A DNA stretch of 64,000 bases from Parasitella parasitica NRRL 2501 (Eukaryota; Fungi; Mucoromycota). The stretch's first letter is position 1. The number at the start of each line of letters is the position of its first letter. Below the pieces are notes generated by a model. That model did no database searches. It was not told the origin of the DNA and saw only the letters and a program-made list of their open reading frames with translations. Positions 1 to 11,292 of the stretch are shown piece by piece. Position numbers and translations under genes: made by a program. The stretch lies in NCBI GenBank assembly GCA_025201805.1, contig MU619274.1, positions 144,213 to 208,212 of the forward strand, given 5' to 3'.

Positions 1-921
1 ATGGGCATATCCTTGGGCATGACATCAGAGACGAACCAGGGCATCGTCTTGCAGTTAAAGACAACTTTATTAGCAATACCAGATTGCAGCAACCAATCAG
101 CCAAAATCATATCAACAAACACTTCGAAGCCAGAGTTGTCCAACACAAAAGCGACACAACCCCCCCTGAGAGACTTGAGCTTTTGCCACAGCTTTTCGGT
201 ATCGTCCACCAGGATAAACTGTCGACGCTTGGCCAAATGATCCTTTTCAATAGCTTGCAGTCTCTCAATGTCTTCTTGTGACATGTTGGTTAGTAAGCTC
301 AAATCAGTGGCATTGCCCCACAAGCAAACTTGTATAAGCTCATTGTACACAATTTCAAGCTTTTCCTCGGACATGGGCTTGATCAGTTCTGGCATCTTTC
401 GAGCTAAATCAAAGACAGCGCCATGGGATCCCTTGAAGGTGTCGTTCTTTTGGCGCTCAAAGCAATCGTAATCTGTCCAATGCTGGGAATTGTAAAAGAT
501 TTCGGCCATGCGACGATAAAGGTAGCATTCGTTAAAGAGCCAAGTACCGTTCATCCAAGTGCAGCCCTTGAAATAATCGTCTAGATGCTTGTTCCATTTG
601 GCAGCATCAGGTCTGTCGTCTTGAATGTGTCTGAATAACATCATGTTAGCATTGCAAACGGCTGTAGTATTCTTTCTTCTTTTAATACCTTAGGGGCTTT
701 TCATCGAGTAACTCTTGCTTGATTTCATCCAAAGCTTCGACTATTTTGCTTCCCTCTTGAGCGCGTTCGGCAGTTGCTTCTGCGATCGTTTCTTTGATAT
801 CAGCGATGGCACTGTCAATGATGATGGGCCAACGGCGGACAGTTGTTTCGTAGGCGAAACTCTCTTTATTAGTTGCTCTGAAAGCAGGGTAAGGGGGATT
901 GTTGGGAGTAATTTTTGACAT
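1..921 (-). CDS. DUF89/ARMT1-like damage-control phosphatase (3' part runs off the window)
   Basis: ATG at 921. Exon 1 reads MSKITPNNPPYPAFRATNKESFAYETTVRRWPII; after an intron (~631-688) exon 2 reads ...WLFNECYLYRR...CLWGNATDLSLL...VLDNSGFE...KTMPWFVSDV, the hallmark DUF89 motifs. Confidence 0.9.
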
Positions 922-1522
922 AAGTGTGCTAATGTTTCTCAAAGACAATTTATTTCCCAGCACATTTATATACAAGACACTGCGTGGGTTTCACGAGGCG
1001 ACAGCTAAAATAACATAGAGTTTACCGCAGAGATGAGACCAAGACACAACTCCATTTACAAGAACCGATGGCATTCTTAGCTCCACTTTAGTACAGAGGT
1101 GTCAGCAGCTGTGTCTTTCGTGGATTCGTCATCGACCATATCTGCAGCATCTACAACTATACTCGCCCGTTTACCATCATCCGATAAGTCTCTTTTTTTT
1201 TTTTTCCCCTTCATTCTCACAGATGATGTTAGTCATCATATGAGTCATTTATACTATAAACTATAAACTTGCTTGACTTTTTAGCAAGCACAATGTGTCT
1301 ACCATTGAAGTTTACGCTGTATAAGACCTCATATTCCATCCAAGGTTGCACACTAAATTTTATCAATGCTGCCTCTCTTTATTTGACAGGAATTGTGCTA
1401 TGGAAGCAATGATAAAAGGCTGCAAAAGATAATAAAAGAAAAAATTACTAGATAGGCTTTATTGGGATGTTCATTTATTTCGATAAATTCATAAACTCCA
1501 GAGGATTTCGACCAAGCAACAC

Positions 1523-2499
1523 TCACAGGTGCGTAAATTTCGGTGCTGATTGCTGTGTATCAATTTTATTAATATCTACGGTAACATGTTTTGATAACCA
1601 AGTACAAACCTCAACAAGAGATGAGTCACCTAGTATTTTAGTGTCTACAACTAGTTTATTATTTGATTTCTGAGATGAGTTTGCGGCAATTTCTACTGAG
1701 GATGTTGTTATACCACTGACGTGGTTCTGTTTCTGAATGCGAAATGAAGGTATTGAATCGAGTAATGCATCGGATGGTGGATCAATGTATTTTCGTGTGA
1801 CAGTTGGTAAGGGTATATAGTCAGTCTCTACAATTCCAGGGCGTTCGATGAATGGCACGTACATTGCCGAATAGTTGAATCTACCAACATGACATGTATT
1901 AGGTTAAAAGTAAAAGTATCATTGAGCCAGGACTTACGACTCCTGTAAAAAAAAAAAAAAAAGGGATACAGTTAGCACATACTACTTTTATTATTGCTAT
2001 ATACACAGAAAAAGCCTACCGATTTAATGTGTTTTCTTTCCGCAGATAAATGATTGGTATCTTTTTTTATTTTTGATTCTTGTTTGAAAGCTATACTCGA
2101 ATCCTTTTGCTGCTGGAAATCTTTTGAATGCATTGGTAGTAGTGATGGTAACTGTTTTTGGGCATTTAAATCTGGGTTTTCATGACAGTGATGCACGTTG
2201 GGTTGATTTGTATTATTAGTCTCTGTGAAACCGGGATTATTGTTTAGGGCAGTAATCGGATGCAATGGCCTTTGATGGAATATCATCCTATTGCTGTTGT
2301 AGTCATCTTCATCGTGGTCAATCTCTTGATCGTCATCATCATCCCTATACTTGACATCACTTGGGGTAGACGACCTTAGCCGTTCGTTGTTATGGTAATT
2401 GAAGATTGATCTTTTGCCTTTCTTGCATCTCAATGATGCATTTTTCTTATTTCGATCTTTGGATTTATAATGAAAGTTAAATCTCTTTATGAAATCCAT
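1523..2499 (-). CDS. Hypothetical low-complexity protein, multi-exon, includes a 5-nt micro-exon
   Basis: ORFs 1972-2526 and 1523-1864 join in frame via exon 2020-2499, micro-exon 1938-1942 and an exon starting at 1880. The 3' end is uncertain because of a possible GTGAGT donor at 1526. Confidence 0.6.
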
Positions 2500-2925
2500 G
2501 CATAGATATGATGAAAAAGAATCCACGCTGTAAAAAAAGAAAGAAAGAAAAAAAAAATAGGAAAGGAAAAGAATTCAATAAAATGAAGAGTTGGAGGAAC
2601 TACGTTGGTTTCACAAATACATTCGCTAAATTGAGTTAAAATTGCCGTTTTGTGCTAAATAAATCAAATCTAGATCGCGAATCACATTCAGAACATACAC
2701 CCACTTGGTGCATCCATGCAAAAATACCATAAAATGATATAAAAGGGGGCTCAGTAAGCTGCTGCCATATACGTATAAATGGACAGGTTACAGTGCCTTC
2801 AGCGCCAATTAGTGCTAAAACTCAATTTGCGCTTGTTGATTATACTGATCTGCGGATTTGATTTAACCGAAATTGCGCTCTCAGCAATCTCAAAATATGT
2901 ATTCATTATAGATCTCTCTTGGAAA

Positions 2926-3204
2926 CTATTTCCTTAATTTCATCAGCCGTATGAACTGGTGTATTGACCATAAAAATGTAAAATTCCCTCCTTCATCCCA
3001 GGAAATTAATTCATACAATTCCTTGTCTTTTGGATTATCAACTTTAATCCTCTTTGGTTTAGAGTTAGGTACTTTGATATTAATTACTTTGAAAAAAGTG
3101 TGAGATACCTTACGAGCAAATGGTACAGTAGCTATAGCCGGAGTGGCATTTATTGATCTTGCTGTTGTTGTCCTCTTATTTGATATCAAATACAGATTCG
3201 TCAT
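2926..3204 (-). pseudogene. Possible truncated or divergent HSF-type DNA-binding-domain fragment
   Basis: VPFARK...ELYELISWDEGGNFTFLWSIHQF resembles the start of the HSF DBD (PAFLxKL...LIxWxxxGxSF). The later NFxSFVRQLNxYGF helix is not found in frame. Confidence 0.25.
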
Positions 3205-3344
3205 ATTTAGTACCAGCTTGTTGATTAATAAAATATTGCTAGAGATTTTTATGCAATCAATAGTTGGGGTATCTAATTAACTCACACACGAGGGTCAGGA
3301 ACATACGTTAATATTTTTTATAATGCCAAATTCATCAATAACAA

Positions 3345-5432
3345 TTATTTATTTTTGCTGCAACTCTTTTCTTCCTCGTTGTCTTTTTTGCCCTGATCTT
3401 CAGTTTCTAGAAACTTCATCAGTTCCCGAACCTGATCACCAAGCACTTTTAATCTGGCATCCTTTTTATCTACATCTTTTTTTAGCGACTCGTTGTTTCT
3501 TATAAGCGACTTTGTAAGCTAAAAAGTTGGCAAATTAGTATTGTGGGAGGGGGGCATAGCCGCCTTTTCTTTTATATTTTACCAATCTCTCTTCATTTAA
3601 GTTCTTTAGCATAACTTCGTATTTGTCCTTGAAACTTGAAGCTCGTTTTTCAGTCTTCTCCTTCTCCTTCTTAGTATATACAATGGATGTATCCAATGCC
3701 CTTTTCCTTTCCATTAATTTTACTTTATAGGTTTTCGCGGCTTCGATATCTTGGTTTACTGTTCTCATTTCATTGGTCAAGTTTGACAGTTCTGCGGTCA
3801 AAGCTTCCAATTGCTCTTCGTAATAGATACGCTGCGAGTCCAACTGCGATGTTAGCATGTAGGTGTAATCCGCAGAGATAGAGTCTAATTTCACTTCTGG
3901 GTTGCTGCTATTAGCAGCAAGGCCATCAGTGTTACCAGAGCCGCTACCGTTAGCACCAGACCCTAGCATCACATCAGCTTGCATTATTGACCTTTTCATA
4001 TGGTTGCTCCCCTGAGTTGCAGCAGAGTCACTCTCGGTACGAGTAGGTAACTCGACAATAACGCCGTCAACCGTGCTTTGGATCAATTGATGCACATATC
4101 CATCCCCTAAATAATCCCATACTCGCTGTGTCTCAATTTCCAGTGCGTACAAATGGTTCGTTTCCGTAAAATGATCATAAGCATGTGCCTCCTGATACCT
4201 TCCGCAACCGATATGACCACAGACAATACAGATCCACAAGCTTTCTGATGACGAGCATTCGAAACACTCGCATTGGATTTGCTGGTGCTCGTGCTCGTGC
4301 TCGTTGTGTGCGCTCTTTTTCATCGAGGATGCAGTTAGCAAAGGGCGTTGCGAATAGCAGCAGACAGAACACCGACTGTGTCCCCATTTATCAATACAGT
4401 AGCACTGCGTAGTATGATGGCATTGAATCTGCTGCAGACCTGTGATGCTTTCATCCATGCGTTCCAAACAAATAGGACATGTGGGCAATTCTGCCATGGC
4501 TTGCGTCTTGTGCGATAGATCTTGGCTCAATGTTTCGTCCAAGTAAGGGTAGGACTGAGCTGGTATAGTGATCGATTCGATCGTGTTTGCTTTTAAATAC
4601 ACGACATGACTAATTTCTGGCTGGAGATTTTGTGAATAAAAGCAATTTCCAATGCGCAATTCCCTACCTCTGTCATGTTGAATCGTCTTCCATTGAATTT
4701 CTGATAGCAGGCTAATGCAGATTGCCGATCTTTAAATCGAACCAATGCTGTGTATTTGTTGGGCGAAAAATCCCTAAAAGTGCAAAGGTCAGTAAAGTAG
4801 AAAGCTACTATGCATTACGAGCTTTTTTTTTTTTTCTTTTTTTACCTAATGAAGCGATAGTGTTCAATGTGTGAATTTGCTGATCCAAGAAAGTCAGTAA
4901 AGTCTTTGAACGTCATATATGAAGGCACGGCCAATATACACAGCGTCGTGTCTTCTCCCTTGTCGGATAATGATATATCCAGCGATTGATCCTTTGCCAG
5001 TTTGGTGTCTGGTAATTCGTGCTCTGCTAATGGGAGAAAGTCTCTATACAGATAAAGCACACCGTAGCCCAAATTTATTGTCCACTCCTCTGACTTCCTC
5101 TTCTTTTTTGCGTTTGATGTTGTTACATCTATTGCTGTCAAGTCAATAGGGCCAAACCGAAAATCAACCTGGCCGTCTAAACTGTGATTCGCGTGAGGCT
5201 TTACAGTGTGTATCGGTGTAGGAGGAACATGCTTTTGCGCTGTCTGCAGTGGTTGAGACAATCTTTTTCTTGAAGAAGGAGGTGCTTTAGCATTGTTGTT
5301 GTTGTTGTGTCTGTAATTCTCCAGGTAATTCGTGGCTTCTGGATTAATTGCTGGAAACGGCCCGAATAGGTCGCCAGGAAGCTCAAGTGTTTCGGGCGTG
5401 TACAAGACACATTTTAGCGTATAATAATACAT
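3345..5432 (-). CDS. BRAP2/ETP1-type RING-finger E3 ligase (BRAP2 + RING + ZnF-UBP + coiled coil)
   Basis: LCILAVPSYMTFKDF (BRAP2 domain), ELPTCPICLERMD (RING), LWICIVCGHIGCGRY...HAYDHF...HLYALEIETQRVWDY (ZnF-UBP), LTSQLDSQRIYYE coiled coil. Four exons; the last ends at TAA 3345. Confidence 0.93.
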
Positions 5433-5599
5433 GGTGAAAGGGGCCTCTGAGAAAGACCAAAGGGTGAATTGGCAATGATGCGTGGTTACAATTTACGTCA
5501 CATAATGTGGGTTAATGCGACTTGACGTAACAAGAACAACTACTACTACGGTACTCTTTCCCATTTCTCTTGTGTTCTCATTGCCAGCTATAATATACT
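5433..5599. promoter_or_regulatory. Short bidirectional promoter with an inverted pair of CRE/ATF-like sites
   Basis: 167 bp between divergent ATGs; TTACGTCA at 5493-5500 and TGACGTAA at 5523-5530. Confidence 0.5.
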
Positions 5600-7465
5600 A
5601 TGGAATCCCTACCAAAGGAGACGTTTCTCATGATACAATCATACCTCGAAATACACACTAAATTGGAGTGCCTGGTTGTATGTCGCAAGTGGCACGACTG
5701 GGTTAAATCTGATAGTCTTTACAGCAAACTTACTTTTGACAACGAGAAGCGACTAGAACGGGCAATCCGCTTTCTGTACCATCAAAAATGCAAGCATTCA
5801 GTCAAGGAGGTTGCTATAAGATCCATTCACCTGCCAGTCCTTTTAATGACAACTTTGCCAGACACTTTTCCCAATCTAAAGTGCTTGACAATTGTGCCAT
5901 TTGACAACGCTGATGAGGATCACTTTGCGGCAGACGACTTTTTTAATTTGCTTTCATTCGACCTGTCCATACAAAAATGGAGATCCCTGGAAAAGATATC
6001 AGAAACACACTACTTGCCCATCACTGTTTCCCTGTTGAAATCACCGATCCCAACACACTTGACAACTATTAAACTCGCCTATGCTTGGGACAGCAGCTAT
6101 TCAGAAGCAACAGAGGCGTCCTATGTAGAAAACTATTTTAAAGTGCAAACACTAATCAGATATCTTTACAACGCACCATTGCTGACATATCTTGAACTAT
6201 CAAATATATTCATTACGCTGAAGGACATGGAAAATCTGCATGCCAATACACCGAATCTGATAGATCTGCGCCTCAATAGGTTGATGTTGTGTTTGCATAC
6301 CGAAATCGAAACTGTGGTTGATGATATTTACATTGATTCAACCAAAAATGGGGTTAATGTAGATGCCATGGCAACCAATATCAAACATGTTACATTATCC
6401 ACCATGGATAGTTTAACCAGCGAAGACGAATTGAACGACGCTGCCCTCATGAAATGGATAGAATACTCTGGTAAAAAGTACACAAGTCTCAACGCTTTTT
6501 GCTTCCATAGAGCAATGGATGACACCACCAGCCCGACAGGATTTATGCTCGAAAACCCTCTGACGCTTGCCTGTCGTAATTGGCATTACCTTCAATCTTA
6601 TGATACAAACATCTGCCCATTGAGCATTGAGATTTTAAAAGAGTTTGATAATCAAAGTCTGCAATTGAATCATCTAGGCATCAGTGGAAATAGAGTCACT
6701 CTGGAAGAACAGCTGCTATCTGTGCAATTATCTGATCAAGCTAAACATCTGAATTCTCTAAAGATTAGATACAGTAACGACAGCTTCCATCATCAGGAGG
6801 GCCCCAATCATAAATGGATTTCAATTATCAGTGCATTCCATAATTTGCATACGTTAGATGTGTCAAGCAGAGTTGAACAAAGTGAATATGAAATTGACAT
6901 GCTGCCTATGGTTTTACGGCAGGTGCCCACTCTCAGGCATTTTTCAATTGGAAGAATGCTCGCCAATGTCAAGATAGAGAATACACCAGCACTTACACAG
7001 CCAACTTTGCTTGAACACCTCACCATCACACGATGTGGTATAACAAATCAACAAGAGCTCAGCAACTGCAACGCCATATTAAACAACGTCATTTCATGCT
7101 CGCCGAACCTCACATCGTTTATCTTTGAAACAGATGGCTATTACGATAATCGTCTTATCCACTGCGCCAAGAAGAAGAAGAGAAACATGGAACTCGAGCT
7201 AGATTTCAGACATCAGACCCATCTCAAGAACCTGGAAGTTAACTTTGAAGAAAGCCACTACTTCAAAATATACGATACAAGCAATGTGGGTCAATGGTAT
7301 TATCAGAAACAGCTCCTTGCTGGGCAGTCTTGTTCCCGAGCGACAGATTTCAAAAAGATTTCAGGGCTGCCTCGTGGTAAACCTCTCTACACCAACATAT
7401 TCTTGCGCAATACCAAGGCTTTAACTATCAATTCAAAGAGATTTATCTCGAACAAATTCGTGTGA
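5600..7465 (+). CDS. Intronless F-box protein with LRR-like C-terminus
   Basis: 621-aa ORF with N-terminal F-box MESLPKETFLMIQSYL...LECLVVCRKW, followed by LxxLxL repeats (PNLKCLTI, PLLTYLELS, HNLHTLDV, PTLRHFSI). Confidence 0.85.
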   Translation: MESLPKETFLMIQSYLEIHTKLECLVVCRKWHDWVKSDSLYSKLTFDNEKRLERAIRFLYHQKCKHSVKEVAIRSIHLPVLLMTTLPDTFPNLKCLTIVPFDNADEDHFAADDFFNLLSFDLSIQKWRSLEKISETHYLPITVSLLKSPIPTHLTTIKLAYAWDSSYSEATEASYVENYFKVQTLIRYLYNAPLLTYLELSNIFITLKDMENLHANTPNLIDLRLNRLMLCLHTEIETVVDDIYIDSTKNGVNVDAMATNIKHVTLSTMDSLTSEDELNDAALMKWIEYSGKKYTSLNAFCFHRAMDDTTSPTGFMLENPLTLACRNWHYLQSYDTNICPLSIEILKEFDNQSLQLNHLGISGNRVTLEEQLLSVQLSDQAKHLNSLKIRYSNDSFHHQEGPNHKWISIISAFHNLHTLDVSSRVEQSEYEIDMLPMVLRQVPTLRHFSIGRMLANVKIENTPALTQPTLLEHLTITRCGITNQQELSNCNAILNNVISCSPNLTSFIFETDGYYDNRLIHCAKKKKRNMELELDFRHQTHLKNLEVNFEESHYFKIYDTSNVGQWYYQKQLLAGQSCSRATDFKKISGLPRGKPLYTNIFLRNTKALTINSKRFISNKFV

Positions 7466-7904
7466 TAATAAAAGTATCTATCTTTACCCACATTAAAATG
7501 CTGTCGACGTCACTTGCAGCCTCAAAACCAGCAGCTTCTTATTTGAAGATGCCTTTTCGAACCTGGTTTAAAAAAAACATTGAAGGTCCCACTTTCTTTT
7601 TCTATTTTTTACAGTTTTTTGTTTCATTATAGTGAAGACTCACGACACCCTACTCGTAAGTGAACAAGAGATACATTCTCGTATATATGAACAATGGGAA
7701 TCGCAAGCGATACTAAATGCCGTCTTTTTTTTTTCTTCATCAATTGTACACATTCAAATTTCTGTAATCCTTCATCATTTTTCAACTACCAACAATCACT
7801 AATACAACTCGATCTTTCTATTCAATTCAACCCAAATTGCCGCTCTGAATGATCTCGTTGACTTTTTCATTCATTATATCAAATCTTGACTTTGCAGACA
7901 CATT

Positions 7905-8586
7905 ATGCCAGTTAAAGATTTCAATACTCCTTATCCTGTTATTGACAGCGACCCTCATTTCAGCCGTGTTGTTCGTTATATGAGACCCACAGATTATGCT
8001 GCTTGGGCTGCAGGCACCGCTGCTGCACCTGCTCTATTATTAGGAATGGGTAATTTGGATTTTGACAGGCATTAAGCCATTCTAGATATTCACGCAAAAT
8101 GATAGAAAAAATGGATCCCGTTGGCCCTCTTCGCAACATGCGCCTCCCACTCCGTATCGCCACTGTTTTTGGTGCTTTTGGCGGTTTCTTGTATGCTTAC
8201 CAAACCAGTAGTCGTAAGTTTATGGTTTATCGCTGAATTTGTCGGATGTATTGACCTCCCCATCACACACACATCATTAAACAGTTCGTTTCTGGGGTTG
8301 GACTGAAAATTCCGCCGAGGTCGCCAAAGATCAAGCTGAATTAAGTCAACTTGCAAAGGAAGGAAAGCCCTTGTATGGTGAAAGCTACATGCCTGAGCAT
8401 ATTCAAGATGCTTCCGCTAGAAACTCTAGACATTCACAACTGAAGTTTGGTAAGTTCTTAATCTTTTGGATTATATGTAAAATGTTGGATTTTAACATCA
8501 CTTTGGCAGGTGCTATCCCATGGTTCAACTTTGCAAATCACAACAACCATGGTGTTGATACCTCAAAGTATTCTGAATCTTCTTAA
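7905..8586 (+). CDS. NADH:ubiquinone oxidoreductase 21/20.9-kDa subunit (NUXM)
   Basis: Spliced product MPVKDFNTPYPVIDSDPHFSRVVRYMRPTDY...GGFLYAYQ..S.RFWGWTEN...GKPLYGES...ARNSRHSQL...IPWFNFANHNNHGVDTSKY. Three introns, plus a probable 5'UTR intron at ~7656-7897. Confidence 0.93.
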
Positions 8587-8690
8587 TTAACACAAAAATA
8601 TACAGTAAACTCGATTTTCATATACATATTTAAATAAATTTAAAAACCAATTTTTGCCTCTGCAGTAGAACAGGATTTTTTTACAGGTAA

Positions 8691-8830
8691 CGAGCTGTCT
8701 CCACCTCCCACCCACGAAATACGATGAAAAAAAAAACTCGACTTTTGCCTCGCTACGGTAACTTTTGTAGGCCTTCCTACTAATGGGGGCGCACTGCTCG
8801 CGCCTGCTGCGGAATGTCTCGGAAAACACA
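8691..8830 (-). mobile_element. Isolated Helitron-like 3' terminal segment (diverged copy of 23355-23495)
   Basis: Shares ACGAGCT...CCC.CGAA.TACG.TGAAAA...TCGAC.TT.GC.TCGCTACGGT...ATGGGGG..GCAC.GCTCGCGCCTGC.GCGG with the segment flanking the PIF1 remnant. Followed by poly-T and an N gap. Confidence 0.7.
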
Positions 8831-8841
8831 ATACCAACCCA

Positions 8842-8907
<66 letters not shown>

Positions 8908-9640
8908 NNNNNNNNNNNNNNNNNNNNCAAATACTCAAATTTAATAAAGGATCGGAAGGGTTGGATGCAACATTTGATGAATTCGCATCACAACCCTTAC
9001 AAGTTCTTTTCAAATAACCTTACATTCCGCATGGAAAACAATGTAACAGAATTTCTAGCAGCTTGCTGATATTCAGTAATATTCAGTTTAACTACGTTGT
9101 CATGGCAACCGTTCCTGAACCAGTTCTTATGTTGAATGTTGTTGGTGTTTAGGATGTGAAGGCTGGACGATGTAGTTAAGGCTTTATATTCCAAATATGC
9201 GCGGAAGTTGCCTTCGAAGATCAAGGATGATCAATTACGAGTGTGTCATATTAAGATTTAATCTGTCAATGTAGCAGTGTTGATTTGGTATTGTGTTCAA
9301 CTTGGAAATTCTCTCAATTATGTAAATGACTATCCCTGTTAAGATTTGTGAAGACTTTAAGAAAGGATTCAGTGTAATTTGTAATTAATAACTTTTTACT
9401 TCCTTATAATTACATGTATTCCAGGGATCCGCATTGATGGGCCCAGAGTAGCCGTTAGAGTCATCAACGGCAATGGCATTGGCAAATTTGCCCTTTCAAT
9501 TTTCCAGGCACGTATTTATCGATGTTGGATAAGAAAGGAGGAGTAAAACACACAAGATTTCATTGGGCAATGAATTAATTTAATATCTATTCAAATTATA
9601 CCAATACTTCTTTCTCTCTTCCATTCAACAAACAACAAAA

Positions 9641-11086
9641 ATGACCAAAAGCTGGTCGGGTTATATTCCTATAGCTCTACTAATTCTATTTGTTTCGAGT
9701 ATTCACAGCCATGATAAAGAACAAGTGGAAGGATTTTTTAGTCAAGGCGGACATACCAACAACTGGGCAGTCTTGGTAAGAAAACGAACGAGTCTACATA
9801 TGACAAAACAGTTTTAATAGCTGTCGCCTTTTAGGTTTGCACATCTCGCTTTTGGTTCAATTATCGTCATGTTGCCAACACATTATCCATGTATCGCACA
9901 GTAAAGAGATTAGGTATTCCTGATTCCAACATTATACTCATGTTGGCAGACGACGTATCTTGCAATCCTCGCAATAAGTATCCCGCCACAGTGTATAACA
10001 ATGCTAATCGATTGTTGGATTTATACGGTGATAATGTAGAAGTAGACTACAGAGGATATGAAGTGACGGTAGAGAATTTCATTCGTATGCTTACTGGTAT
10101 GTTGTGTATCCAGGGGAGCAAATATTTCGACTGCGTAATTAACACTTGAAGCAAGGTCGTGTCTCACCTGATACTCCTCGTTCAAAACGATTATTATCGG
10201 ATGATAGATCCAATATTTTAGTGTACATGACAGGCCACGGTGGTGATGAATTTCTTAAATTTCAGGATGCTGAAGAGATTAGTGCTTACGATTTAGCAGA
10301 CTCATTCAAGCAAATGTCAGAAAAGAGACGATACAACGAAATTTTGTTTATGATTGATACTTGCCAAGCGAACACCATGTACAGTAAGATCAATTCTACC
10401 AATATTCTTGCTACGGGTAGTAGTGAATTGGATGAGAGCTCTTATTCAGTAAGTATTTTTGTTTTTTTTTTTTTTTTNNNNNNNNNNNNNNNNNNNNNNN
10501 NNNNNNNNNNNNNNNNNNCTGGTCCCATATTGTTTTTTAATGCATGCTCATGTCTTAGCATCATACAGACTATGATATTGGCGTAGCCGTTATTGATAGC
10601 TTTACGTATTATAATCTGGAGTTTTTGGAGAATGTGGATCAAACCAGTGACAAGACATTGCAGGAATTAGTGAGTAACATTGACAAATGGGTGGATGTCA
10701 ACTCAATTTTCTATTTTCTTTTGGGCTAGTTTGATACTTATGATCCTGCCAAGATTGCATCCCATCCTGGCATTCGGTCCGATTTATTCAATCGTCCTTT
10801 GAATAAAGTCAAGGTGACAGATTTCTTTGGTAATGTTCAAAATGTGGAACTCACGAAAAGTCGATACCCGCTGATGCAGCAAGATGATGAGGATACAGTA
10901 GATGCATCCTCGTCAAGCGTGTTAATGGCATCGCAAAATACGACGACTAGTCCTGCTAGGGCTGTGCATTTGCATCATTCATTCTTGGTAGAGAAAAAGA
11001 CAAATACTCATTACTGGCTACAGTCAGGACTTGGTGTATTGGCTACAGCAGCAATTGTTTATGCTACTGTAATGACTCTTGCTTAA
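9641..11086 (+). CDS. GPI8: GPI-anchor transamidase catalytic subunit (PIG-K, peptidase C13)
   Basis: Signal peptide, then [38 protein letters not shown] (catalytic His), IDTCQA (catalytic Cys) and a C-terminal TM helix. An N gap falls inside an intron. Confidence 0.96.
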
Positions 11087-11292
11087 ATCCAATGAATAAA
11101 TAATAATAAAAAGTTTTATATAATAAGTAATAAAAAAGTTAATTGTCAGTGTATATTATATCATAGTTGTTGTTGCTAATAGTAAGGTGGTGAGAAGGAG
11201 GAGAAGGAGAGAAATCTAAATATACAAATCTATCTATATAGTAATAATAGTTATAGTAATAATAATAATACTAGGTTTTTGTTTTGTTTTTT

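Noticed and set aside
7656-7897. snoRNA or TPP riboswitch in the NUXM 5'UTR intron
   Set aside because: No convincing C/D or H/ACA boxes and no TPP aptamer core.
8640-9017. Poly-Lys and poly-Phe ORFs
   Set aside because: Translation of a poly-T tract and an N gap.
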